The notes under the pieces: generated by a model
What the model was told of the DNA's origin: nothing
Seen by the model: the letters and a program-made list of their open reading frames with translations, nothing else
The model's database searches: none
Assembly: GCA_040771865.1 (NCBI GenBank)
Contig: JAXGZF010000010.1
Coordinates: 62,001-126,000 of the forward strand
DNA length: 64,000 nt
From: Desulfobacterales bacterium
GTDB taxonomy: Bacteria; Desulfobacterota; Desulfobacteria; Desulfobacterales; UBA2245
Direction: 5' to 3'
Part shown: in pieces, positions 1 to 8,927 of the stretch
Position numbering within the stretch: the stretch's first letter is position 1
How the letters are laid out: each line of letters opens with the position of its first letter
Program-made: the position numbers and the translations under genes

Positions 1-182
1 CGGCAGGCTTTATCTGGATCATCTCATGGAAAGGCAGATAAGAGCAGCGGTTGCGGGCTGTCTTTTCCATGATTGAGGATAATCCAGATAGTATATGATT
101 TCAAAGAACAGCCGCGCAGCGCGGGCTGGCTAAAATTTGGGAAATCACAGCTTCTTTGATTATTTGTGAATATTGTAATAAC

Positions 183-968
183 TCATTGTCGAAGCGCTTC
201 AAGGAGAGTGCGGCAGAGAACGAGAAATTGAGTGGTATCCATTTCTCGAGGCCGTGGCAGATCGACAGCCATATCCTTTCTTATCCGGCCGGGGTCCTTC
301 CCCATCAGCAAGATTCGATCGGCCATCTTGACGGCTTCCTGGACGTCGTGAGTGACAAACAGAATCGTATGGGAAAACTTTTGCCATAACGATAGGAGAA
401 GATTCTGCATCTCTTCGCGGGTTTGTGCATCCAGAGCGGCAAATGGTTCATCCATAAGAAGCACCGCAGGTTTCAGAATCAACACCCGCGCCAGGGCCAC
501 CCGCTGTTTCATGCCTCCAGAGATTTCCCGGGGCAGGTAATCGCGAAATTCCGTCAATCCAACCAGCGAAAGAAACCGGTCTGTCTCCTCTCGTACTTTG
601 CGTCTCGTCCCTCCCAGACCAAAACCGATGTTCTCTTCAACCGTCAGCCAGGGGAAAAGAGCATCTTCCTGGAAAACCACACATCGGTCCGGTCCGGGCT
701 TCGTAGCCGAATGACCTCCAATCAGAACCTGACCGGCTGTCGGTGGAATAAATCCGGCCAGAATGTTGAGCAGCGTTGTTTTGCCGCAACCGCTGCGTCC
801 AAGGATGCAGATCATTTCCCCCTTATTCACTGAAAAATGGATCTGTTCCAGAACCGTGGTAAACTTTCCGGAGACTTGGAAGGTTTTCCGTAACTCCCTG
901 ATTTCCAGAATACCTTCCGTCGGCCGGTCGGGGACCTCCTGAGGAACCAACTTCAAGCGAGTTCTCAC
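183..968 (-). CDS. ABC transporter ATP-binding protein (NitT/TauB/SsuB family)
   Basis: Walker A GRSGCGKT, signature ISGGMKQ, Walker B LLMDEPF, VTHD. Likely GTG start at 968 after GGAGG, overlapping the permease stop (GTGA). Confidence 0.9.
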   Translation of the reverse strand: MRTRLKLVPQEVPDRPTEGILEIRELRKTFQVSGKFTTVLEQIHFSVNKGEMICILGRSGCGKTTLLNILAGFIPPTAGQVLIGGHSATKPGPDRCVVFQEDALFPWLTVEENIGFGLGGTRRKVREETDRFLSLVGLTEFRDYLPREISGGMKQRVALARVLILKPAVLLMDEPFAALDAQTREEMQNLLLSLWQKFSHTILFVTHDVQEAVKMADRILLMGKDPGRIRKDMAVDLPRPREMDTTQFLVLCRTLLEALRQ

Positions 969-1801
969 GTTAACCTCCGGGCGCTTTTGAAACACAGACG
1001 CATGAAGTGGTAAAGAAACAGATCGCTGATTCTGCCGACGACCGCGATGATGATGATTCCCACAATGATGATATCGATGCGTCCAAGCATGCGGGCATCC
1101 ATAATCACGGCGCCCAGTCCGTTGGGAACCCCTGTCAGTTCCCCCAGAACCAGATAAGCCCATGCAATTCCAAGACCCAGCCGCAAGCCGCTGATGATTT
1201 GAGGCATGGCGGAGGGTATAAGGATGGCAAACACGCCGCGAAGCCGTGTAACACCCATCATGGCCCCCGCCTGATAATAAATGGGTTTGACCTGGCGGGC
1301 GCCCGAGGCCGTGTTCAGGTAAATCGGGAAAAATGCGGCCAATGCCACCAAAAATACGGTGGTCTTCATGCCGATGCCAAACCAGACCATGGCTATCGGA
1401 AGCCAGCTGATTCCTGGAACGGCGCGGACTGCGTTGAACGTATTACTGAACAGTCGATTCACCAGAGTGATGCGCCCCGAAAACATGCCGGCCGGTATGC
1501 CGATGGCCGCCGCCAGCCCAAAGCCAAGCGCCACACGCGAGAGGCTGCTGAAAAAGTCATCCATGAACCGTCCGGCATACGGCATCTGCCCGGGAGAGCC
1601 CAGAATATAGCTGTAGGCGGCTTTTCCGATCTGAAAAGGATGGGGCAACAGGTAAATCGGCACGGCTCCTGTTTCACTGACAGCAAACCAGAGCAACAGT
1701 ATTCCGAGCGGGATTATCCACGGTTGCAAAGTGCTGGCGGCGTTTTTCGAGCTGATGCGCTTGATCACCAAAAACCTCCTCTGAGCAGATATGCCCTTCA
1801 C
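965..1801 (-). CDS. ABC transporter permease (SsuC/TauC family)
   Basis: Multiple hydrophobic segments, EAA-like loop (YQAGAMMG), SGLRLGLGIAW motif; coupled to the ATPase and binding-protein genes. Confidence 0.9.
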   Translation of the reverse strand: MKGISAQRRFLVIKRISSKNAASTLQPWIIPLGILLLWFAVSETGAVPIYLLPHPFQIGKAAYSYILGSPGQMPYAGRFMDDFFSSLSRVALGFGLAAAIGIPAGMFSGRITLVNRLFSNTFNAVRAVPGISWLPIAMVWFGIGMKTTVFLVALAAFFPIYLNTASGARQVKPIYYQAGAMMGVTRLRGVFAILIPSAMPQIISGLRLGLGIAWAYLVLGELTGVPNGLGAVIMDARMLGRIDIIIVGIIIIAVVGRISDLFLYHFMRLCFKSARRLT

Positions 1802-2763
1802 CCGTCCCGATCAGGGGCCATGCTGCCGATTGCTTTCCGAACAAAGCGCAAGTCGAATAGTTTCTCATAGTCGGGCTGACGTTCGATCATGCCCAACGCT
1901 TGCATGCGCTCGCCCAGCGCACGGGTTCTGGCAACAAAATCTTCATCCATCGACCACGCCAGCTCCATGTTGGGCGCTGCTTTTTCTAGGACGGAAAGGG
2001 GGGTGCCGAATTCGGCTGCCCGCTCCAGCCATTGATCCGGATGCGCATTCAGGTACTGGGTTGCCTTGGCATGGGCCAGAACCAGTTCCATGACGAGGCT
2101 GGGGTTTTTCTCGATGAATTCCCGTTTAACCAGCATTCCGGCATTGACGGCACCGATTGACTCTCCATAATAGGGATGCGCAAGCACCCGGCCATAGCCC
2201 TTGACTGTCGCCAGTGAGGGAAAAGGCTCGCCGGACAAAAAAGCATCGATTCCTCCGCCGGCCAGCGCGGCACCCATGTCGAAAAAATCAACCCGCATCA
2301 GCTTTACATCTTTTTCCGGAGACAGGCCGCTGCGGACGAGTGCCTCCCGCAGCAGGATTTCGTGCATGGTGCCCGGAACATAGCCGATACTTTTGCCTTT
2401 TAAATCTTCCACCTTTTGAACGGGGCTGTCCTTTTTCACGACCAAGGCCGAACACCTGTTGCACAGTGCCGCCACCAGAACCACCGGCTGCCCCTGGGAA
2501 GCCGAATATATGGCATGGGCCAGAGTGGTACCGCACATGTCCAGGCTGTCCGCCAGAAGCGCTGTTTTCTGGTCGGCCGGATTCGTGAACGGAAATATCT
2601 GCAATTTGTACTTTGCCGGCAGAAATTGCGCATAGAAAAAAGGTTGAATGGTCTGGGCAGTTTTCCAGGTTCCCAAACGCACTTCCAGGGCCATAGCGGG
2701 CGCGGAAACTGCCAGAATCACGAAGGCCCAGAGGAGGTTTGACAGAAATGGCCTATATCGCAT
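1798..2763 (-). CDS. ABC transporter substrate-binding protein (SsuA/NrtA/NMT1-like)
   Basis: Signal peptide (…APAMA), DLKGKSIG motif, GGIDAFLSGEPF; in operon with permease and ATPase. Confidence 0.85.
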   Translation of the reverse strand: MRYRPFLSNLLWAFVILAVSAPAMALEVRLGTWKTAQTIQPFFYAQFLPAKYKLQIFPFTNPADQKTALLADSLDMCGTTLAHAIYSASQGQPVVLVAALCNRCSALVVKKDSPVQKVEDLKGKSIGYVPGTMHEILLREALVRSGLSPEKDVKLMRVDFFDMGAALAGGGIDAFLSGEPFPSLATVKGYGRVLAHPYYGESIGAVNAGMLVKREFIEKNPSLVMELVLAHAKATQYLNAHPDQWLERAAEFGTPLSVLEKAAPNMELAWSMDEDFVARTRALGERMQALGMIERQPDYEKLFDLRFVRKAIGSMAPDRDG

Positions 2764-3832
2764 ACAAACTCTCTCCTGCTGACTGGAAATTGCCTGAATT
2801 CGACCCGGAGCCGGGTCTGTATGGTTCCGATCGGGGGAAACAATTTGACGGCAGGTCCGGGTTCCAGTTCATCTCGACAAACAGGCGGCTGCATTCACTC
2901 AGATTCCGTCCGCGGCCCTTGCCGGTATCCGGCGCTTGATCCCGCGGACTGGAGCCTACCTCCGGAAAAAATAGATTGGCGCCGGCCAGCAGTGAGGCGG
3001 CGTTTGGTTCATGAGTGCAGTGCGCTCTGGGAACCGGCCCCATCACCAGACGGCTAACGGCCACCATTCGGGCCATTTCCAGTTCGGAGATCATGCCATA
3101 CTTTTCCATCGGCGAACCGGGGAAATTGATCCGCCGCATCACGCCGCTATAGGTGGCCCCGTAATCGCGGGCCAGAAACATCAGATCGACAATCTCTTCC
3201 GCACTGTGCTCGGGTCCCACAGGTTCCACACAGTTCATCCATTGCAGTCCTACGTGCCGAAGCACTTGAATGGTCCTGATACGCTGCTCTTTCTTAAAAG
3301 GTGTTACGCGGCCTTCGCCCAAACGCACCGCATGATAGAATCCCACAAAACCGGCATCGAGCAGACGCTCTCCCTCCTGGTAATTGATGTCTCTGGTGTT
3401 GGCCACCAGCGGCACGGAGACGTTTGCTCTAAGCAAACGCCCCACATCAAGCAGTCTTTCAAATGCGTAGGTGCCTGTGGTCATCAGGTTCAGAGCATCG
3501 GCGCCCTCAACTTCCCCCTGTTTGGCCCATTTCAGCAAAGTATCCTCTGAGAATTCTATTTTTTCCTTGAAAATACCGGCCGTTCTCGTGAGCGAACAGA
3601 ATGCGCAATCCATGGGACATGGCTCAACATTCAAACCGATGTGAAAATGTTTTTCACCCTTGTTGCCGAATTGCTGTCGTGACATCCGGTTGGCGGTTTC
3701 CATGAGCGCATAGGCGGCTTTGCTGTGCAATCCGATTCGCATCAGGGCCAGCGCCTCATCTCTTGAAATCTTTTCGAAGTCGTTTGCTTTATTAAGAATT
3801 TCTGCTATGGCAGGGGGAATTTTCCAGGACAT
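2753..3832 (-). CDS. Radical SAM protein, biotin-synthase-like fold, function unknown
   Basis: CPMDCAFC (CxxxCxxC); BioB-like length and N-terminus; C-terminal MARMVAVSRL…AGAN motif. Confidence 0.8.
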   Translation of the reverse strand: MSWKIPPAIAEILNKANDFEKISRDEALALMRIGLHSKAAYALMETANRMSRQQFGNKGEKHFHIGLNVEPCPMDCAFCSLTRTAGIFKEKIEFSEDTLLKWAKQGEVEGADALNLMTTGTYAFERLLDVGRLLRANVSVPLVANTRDINYQEGERLLDAGFVGFYHAVRLGEGRVTPFKKEQRIRTIQVLRHVGLQWMNCVEPVGPEHSAEEIVDLMFLARDYGATYSGVMRRINFPGSPMEKYGMISELEMARMVAVSRLVMGPVPRAHCTHEPNAASLLAGANLFFPEVGSSPRDQAPDTGKGRGRNLSECSRLFVEMNWNPDLPSNCFPRSEPYRPGSGSNSGNFQSAGESLYAI

Positions 3833-3922
3833 AATTTGACAGCTCCAATTTTGTACTTGTTACGGCACATCGAAATCCTATAAATCGTGCAGGCTCTTTT
3901 AACAAATCTTCAGAACCGGCAT

Positions 3923-4126
3923 TTATCTGCCGAACGGACATAAAAGCTCGCTCGCATGATACACGTGCTTTTCGCCGCAAAACGGGCAGGGCTGGTCGAT
4001 TGCTACCTTCGCATTCAGCGTTTTATTTCCGGCTTCGTCAGTTACCACGCCTCTGCTTTCCAGAATGGTAAAATCCGAGCTTTCAAAAACCTTGTTATGG
4101 GTTGGGCAAACAAAACAAATTTTCAT
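3923..4126 (-). CDS. Small Cys/His-rich putative metal-binding protein (67 aa)
   Basis: CPTH…CPFCGEKH…CPF; lies in-line within the operon. Confidence 0.65.
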   Translation of the reverse strand: MKICFVCPTHNKVFESSDFTILESRGVVTDEAGNKTLNAKVAIDQPCPFCGEKHVYHASELLCPFGR

Positions 4127-4143
4127 TTTTTCTCTGATTCGAT

Positions 4144-4668
4144 TCAGGCGCCTTCTTCTCTGAATGGACGCCTTGCGACCGCCTCAACCAGCCCGCGGAA
4201 CACGCGGCGCATATCCTGATCCCCGATTTCCAGCTTTGCTTCTTCTGCAAAATCCTGCCGAATATCCTCATGATTGTTATTGCCCGAGTGATCGGACGGG
4301 TGATTGGAGGGGCACGCCTCAAATAACGCATTACTGTCTGTAGAGACCTCTTTCAGCCGGCTGTTGTTATCCAGCCAGCGCTGGCATTCATCGTGGGCTC
4401 CCAGAAATAGAATAAATACTCTATCCCCCTGTAGCAGTGTGATCAGTCGAAAACCACAGCCCAGATCGAATTTTCGGCACTTCTTGATGCGTTTCTCACC
4501 GAACTTGGTTAAACTTCCGACCGTATTCAACCGGCGCCGGGCAGCTCCGGATGCAAGGCCTTCGATAACGCGTGTTGCTTTTTGCGCTAGCGCCATTCCC
4601 GCCTTACCGGATTTTTTCAGGCCGTTTAAGCGGCTTTGAACCCCCGCGCTGATATGGATACATCTCAT
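4144..4668 (-). CDS. Hypothetical protein with RelE/ParE-like N-terminal pattern
   Basis: ORF in operon; ATG at 4668 preceded by AGGA; RKFDLGCGFRLI…VFILFLGAHDE resembles RelE-fold C-terminal strands. Confidence 0.6.
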   Translation of the reverse strand: MRCIHISAGVQSRLNGLKKSGKAGMALAQKATRVIEGLASGAARRRLNTVGSLTKFGEKRIKKCRKFDLGCGFRLITLLQGDRVFILFLGAHDECQRWLDNNSRLKEVSTDSNALFEACPSNHPSDHSGNNNHEDIRQDFAEEAKLEIGDQDMRRVFRGLVEAVARRPFREEGA

Positions 4669-4813
4669 AACGAATTCCTGCATCACTCGAAAAACGATCT
4701 TTTTGTTAAGGTCATAAAAGCACGAAGATGCATCTTCGCCTTGATATTCAGAGTGCGGCGGCAAGTGATGCATATTTTTTGACTTCGATTCATCTTTTTA
4801 CTCAGACATTTCC

Positions 4814-5518
4814 TTAAATTTGACTGAGTCCCTGATCCTGAAGCAGCATCACCTTATCCGCGATCCGCCGCATCTGGTCCATGTAGTGGGATACCACCAG
4901 AAGCGTACATTTCGCCTTGAGACTGACCAGGAAGTCCTCGATAATTCCGGCGGCCTTTTTGTCCAGGGAGCTGGTAGGTTCGTCGCATAACAGCACCTCG
5001 GGCTCCAACACCAGCGCCCTGGCGATGCACAGCCGCTGCTTCTGGCCCCCGGACAGATCCAGCGCGCTTTTTTCCAGGCGGTCCTTCACTTCTTCCCACA
5101 GAAACGCCTGTGCCAGCGATTTTTGAATCTTTTCTTCGATTAAGGACTGATCCCGTAAACCGGCAAGCTTCAGAGGAAAAGCCATGTTTGAGGCAATGCT
5201 CATCGGCAGCGGGTTGGGTTCCTGAAAAATCATGGCGACCTTTCGGCGCAAAAGCGGCATGGGTATGTCTTTCTGGATCGGCGACACCCATTTGTCGCCA
5301 AGTCGAATTCGAATGGTTCCGGTACAGCGGGCGCCTGGAATCTCGTCCCACATACAATTGAACAGCCCCAGCAGCGTGGACTTTCCCTGTCCGGAAGGCC
5401 CGGTAATTGCCGTAATGGCGCCTTCAGCAAAACTTGCGTGAATATTGTTCAGCACCCGGTTTCGCCCATAATAGAAACTGATCCCCTTGACGATTATTTT
5501 ATCCTTTGCTTCCATCAA
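4814..5518 (-). CDS. pstB: Phosphate-type ABC transporter ATP-binding protein
   Basis: GPSGQGKS, FQEPNPLPMSI, LWEEVKDRL, LSGGQKQRLCIARAL, DEPTSSLD. Confidence 0.88.
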   Translation of the reverse strand: MMEAKDKIIVKGISFYYGRNRVLNNIHASFAEGAITAITGPSGQGKSTLLGLFNCMWDEIPGARCTGTIRIRLGDKWVSPIQKDIPMPLLRRKVAMIFQEPNPLPMSIASNMAFPLKLAGLRDQSLIEEKIQKSLAQAFLWEEVKDRLEKSALDLSGGQKQRLCIARALVLEPEVLLCDEPTSSLDKKAAGIIEDFLVSLKAKCTLLVVSHYMDQMRRIADKVMLLQDQGLSQI

Positions 5519-5545
5519 TTCCGTATCAACCTGCCCGACGGCTTC

Positions 5546-6430
5546 CTATGCCCTGTAAAGTGTCCAGTAAGACAGATGCTTTTTCATCCCGTATGCCAGC
5601 ATGAACAGAAAAGCGCAGACTCCCAGCAAAATCAGGGACGCACCATAACCGCCGGCCAGTTCCTCCGGGTTCGTATACTGATTGGATATGTAGTAAATAT
5701 AAAAGGGCAGCGCCTCGTATTGCGACAACAGGGAGGACGGCACGCCGGCCGTCGCCACCACGCCTGTCAACAGCATAACCGCTGTATCTTCGGCGCATCG
5801 GCCGACGGCCAGGATAATGCCGGAGCTGATGCCGGAAAGCGCGTTCGGTATCAATACATAGACAATGTTTTGGAGTTTATTCGCACCAAGAGCAAGGGCG
5901 GTTCTGCGGATGCCCGGCGACAGCTCCTCCAGAGATATCTGGGTGCTCCGGACAATGTAGGGCAGTACGAGTATGGCAAGCGACAGGGAACTGATCAGCA
6001 GACAAGGCCCGATGCGGTCATCAAAGTGGTTATGCAGGAAAACAGCGAGGCTGAAGCCGAACAGGCCGATTACAATGGAGGGAATGCCTGCCAGAATGTC
6101 GAACAACATCCCTGAAAGTTTTTTCATTCCGGGTCCTGCGTATTCTGCCAGATAGATGCCGGAACACACGCCCACCGGCACCGCGAGAGATGCGGACAAT
6201 ACAACCAGGCAAAGGGTCCCCACAATAGCCGGAAAGATGCCGTCGAAAACCCTGGCGCGGCCCAGTAAGGCTTGAAGCGGATCCGCCTGACCGAAAATCA
6301 GCTCTCTTCCGAGGCTCGGAAGACCCTGAATCAGCAGGTATCCCAGAAATAGAGACACAAACAGGCAAAGCAGGATTGTCATGATCCAGGAAAAAACCAC
6401 AACCGCCTTTTCAGCAAAACCCTGCATCAC
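5546..6430 (-). CDS. pstA: Phosphate-type ABC transporter permease PstA
   Basis: IYLAEYA, LAGIPSIVIGLFG, ALALGA, GRCAEDTA motifs. Confidence 0.88.
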   Translation of the reverse strand: MMQGFAEKAVVVFSWIMTILLCLFVSLFLGYLLIQGLPSLGRELIFGQADPLQALLGRARVFDGIFPAIVGTLCLVVLSASLAVPVGVCSGIYLAEYAGPGMKKLSGMLFDILAGIPSIVIGLFGFSLAVFLHNHFDDRIGPCLLISSLSLAILVLPYIVRSTQISLEELSPGIRRTALALGANKLQNIVYVLIPNALSGISSGIILAVGRCAEDTAVMLLTGVVATAGVPSSLLSQYEALPFYIYYISNQYTNPEELAGGYGASLILLGVCAFLFMLAYGMKKHLSYWTLYRA

Positions 6431-7284
6431 TGCACCACGCTCTTTTTATGACCGATGAATCTAACTGCAACGACGGCCGTGGTTGTAAACAGATACAGGG
6501 CGATGCCGCATGTAAAAATGGAACGGAACTCCAGACTGTTGAAGTCCGCGGCATTTACCAGCGCGATATGCGCGGTCAGCGTCCTGGCCGGTTCCAGAAA
6601 TCCGCGCGGCGCGCGTATCGCATTTCCGGCCAGCATCAGCGAAATGAGGGTATCCCCAAGGGCGCGGCCCAGGGCAAGGATAAATCCCGATATCATGCCG
6701 TTTAAAGCTTTTGGCATGATGATATACAGCAGACGCTGCGCACGGTCGGCGCCGAGGGCCTTGGCTGCCTGAACATCAACCGGATCCACGGCCAGCAAAC
6801 TGTCTGAAAAAAACAGGATCATGGTGGGGCTGATCAGTATGGCCAGTACAACAACTGCCGCCAGCACGCACATGCCTGCTCCGCCAAATCCCTCCCGTAT
6901 CAGCGGCACCAGCAGAAAGATGCCCACGAAACCGTAAATCACGGTGGGAATGCCGGTCATGAAACGAACCAGAGCGCCCAGTATCCTGCGCAATCCCGGC
7001 CCGCCCAGACTGGTGATCGCAAAAGACGTTCCCAGGGAAAGGGGAAGCGACAAAGCTGTGGCCGGAAGCGCAATCCACAGGGTGCCGGAAATCATGGGCC
7101 GTATGCCGTAAAGTCCCTGATAGGGGTCCCACGGACCGGCCCAGATGGAAAGGAACATACCTTCCTGAAACAGGGGAAGGCCCAGTGCGATCAAGAACAA
7201 CAATATCGACGAAATGGTGACCGCACTGGCCAGTGTGCAAAAAAGAAATATATTTTTTGCGGTGGTTTCCCTGGAAAATATCAT
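6427..7284 (-). CDS. pstC: Phosphate-type ABC transporter permease PstC
   Basis: YGIRPMISGTL, GIPTVIYGFVG, LALGRALGDT, TLTAHIA motifs. Confidence 0.88.
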   Translation of the reverse strand: MIFSRETTAKNIFLFCTLASAVTISSILLFLIALGLPLFQEGMFLSIWAGPWDPYQGLYGIRPMISGTLWIALPATALSLPLSLGTSFAITSLGGPGLRRILGALVRFMTGIPTVIYGFVGIFLLVPLIREGFGGAGMCVLAAVVVLAILISPTMILFFSDSLLAVDPVDVQAAKALGADRAQRLLYIIMPKALNGMISGFILALGRALGDTLISLMLAGNAIRAPRGFLEPARTLTAHIALVNAADFNSLEFRSIFTCGIALYLFTTTAVVAVRFIGHKKSVVQ

Positions 7285-8111
7285 TTTACCGAAATGAACC
7301 CGCTATCGACGACTATTTGTTGCCCTTCGGTCGTGAAGAGGTAGTCGATGAACAGCTTGGCCAACCCCGTGGGCTCGCCCTTGGTATTGCTGTATAATCC
7401 GCGGGACACCTTGTATTGACCATTTACGACGGTTTCGATGGTCGGCGTTACGCCGTCAAGGGCCACTGGGGCCACGGTTTCGTCCATGTGGCCTACGGAA
7501 ACATAGCCGATTGCGTATGGGTCGTTTGCAACGGCGGTTTTCATGGCGCCATTGGACGGCACGAAAAGCGCCTTTGCGGATATGTCGCCTTTATTCAGGG
7601 CTTTTTCCCAGAAAACTTCCCGGGTTCCACTGGATTCATCCCGAGTGTAAACGGTAATTTCATGATCCGCGCCGCCCAGAGCCTTCCAGTTGCTGATTTT
7701 TTCGGAATAAATATCTTTCAACTGGTCTTTGGTCAGAGATTTTACGGGATTTGCCGGATTGACCGTTACAGCTACTCCGTCAATAGCCCATTTGAACATT
7801 TTGAGGTTATACGGTTCGATTTCTTCCGGCTTGGGCGCACGGCCGGAGTTTCCGATGTCCACAAGCCCCTCGCCCACCTGTTTGATGCCGACGCCCGAGC
7901 CGCCGCCGCCCACGGTGATCACGATATCCTTGTAGCGCGTCATGATCCGTTTGGCCGCTTCCTTCATCACCGGGATGTGAGCCGTGCCGCCGGCGATCTT
8001 AAGGGTTCCCTTCTGTCCTTCGAAGGCATCCAGGGCGCCGCCGAAACAAGGCGAAGCCAGAAAGCAAAATGCGAAGAAAACAATAAGCATTTGAATCGGC
8101 TTTTTTGACAT
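7281..8111 (-). CDS. pstS: PstS-family periplasmic oxyanion-binding protein
   Basis: Signal peptide; GGGGSGVG, RDESSGT and AIGYVS motifs. The first motif is atypical (AGGTAH). Confidence 0.85.
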   Translation of the reverse strand: MSKKPIQMLIVFFAFCFLASPCFGGALDAFEGQKGTLKIAGGTAHIPVMKEAAKRIMTRYKDIVITVGGGGSGVGIKQVGEGLVDIGNSGRAPKPEEIEPYNLKMFKWAIDGVAVTVNPANPVKSLTKDQLKDIYSEKISNWKALGGADHEITVYTRDESSGTREVFWEKALNKGDISAKALFVPSNGAMKTAVANDPYAIGYVSVGHMDETVAPVALDGVTPTIETVVNGQYKVSRGLYSNTKGEPTGLAKLFIDYLFTTEGQQIVVDSGFISVK

Positions 8112-8153
8112 GGTCTTTTTCTCTCCCTTTCAATTCTCTGATTTTGATGAACA

Positions 8154-8924
8154 TTACAAGATATTGCCTGCCAGCAACGCCGCACCCAAGGCACCGATCA
8201 ACTGTGGATCATCCGGGCAAAGCACTTTGCGGCCGAGTTTTTCCGACAATAGCGTGCGCATGCACGGGTTTTTGGCCACGCCGCCGGTGAAAACGATATC
8301 GCCTTCCGATGAAACCCGGCTGATCATGCCGGCAACCCGGCGAACGACGCTGGCGTGCAGACCCCTGGCGATGTCCCGGCGGCTCTCTCCTCTGGCAATC
8401 AGCGAGGTGACCTCGGATTCGGCAAATACCGTGCACATGCTGGAAATATTCAGATCGTTTTCCGCCAGAAGCGCTTCCTTGCCAAAACTCTCGACGTCAT
8501 AACCCAGGGTTCTGGCCATAATTTCCAGAAACTTTCCGGTTCCGGCTGCGCAGCGGTCGTTCATCTCGAATTTTTTTACCCGGCCGTTTGCAAACATCGA
8601 AATGGCCTTGCTGTCCTGCCCCCCGATATCCAGGACCGTTCGAACATCCGGGAAAAAGACCCGCGCACCCCTGGCGTGGGCTTTGATTTCCGTGACCGTG
8701 GGGGCGTTAAAGGAGATCTCGAAAAGGTTCCGGCCGTATCCGGTGGCCATGATGCGGTGATAAGACACGCCGTTGATCAGCGTTGAGGCCTCAGCCATGG
8801 GATCGAAGCCGGTGTCCGTCTGAAGGCTGAGGGCGATTTGACCCGTGTCATTTACCAGCACCAGTTTAATGGTGCGCGAGCCGATATCGATTCCCGCAAA
8901 ATGCATGGTTCTTTTGGTTCCCAA
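8154..8924 (-). CDS. ATP-dependent [4Fe-4S] activator/reductase (BadF/HgdC family; DCCP reductase-like)
   Basis: GIDIGSRT, ATGYGR, LDIGGQDSK, MNDRCAAGTG, SMCTVFAESE, TGGVA. Alternative ATG at 8906. Confidence 0.92.
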   Translation of the reverse strand: MGTKRTMHFAGIDIGSRTIKLVLVNDTGQIALSLQTDTGFDPMAEASTLINGVSYHRIMATGYGRNLFEISFNAPTVTEIKAHARGARVFFPDVRTVLDIGGQDSKAISMFANGRVKKFEMNDRCAAGTGKFLEIMARTLGYDVESFGKEALLAENDLNISSMCTVFAESEVTSLIARGESRRDIARGLHASVVRRVAGMISRVSSEGDIVFTGGVAKNPCMRTLLSEKLGRKVLCPDDPQLIGALGAALLAGNIL

Positions 8925-8927
8925 AGC

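Noticed and set aside
1..130. Possible 3' end of a plus-strand gene and a weak hairpin at 109-128
   Set aside because: Too short to assign, and the stem is imperfect.
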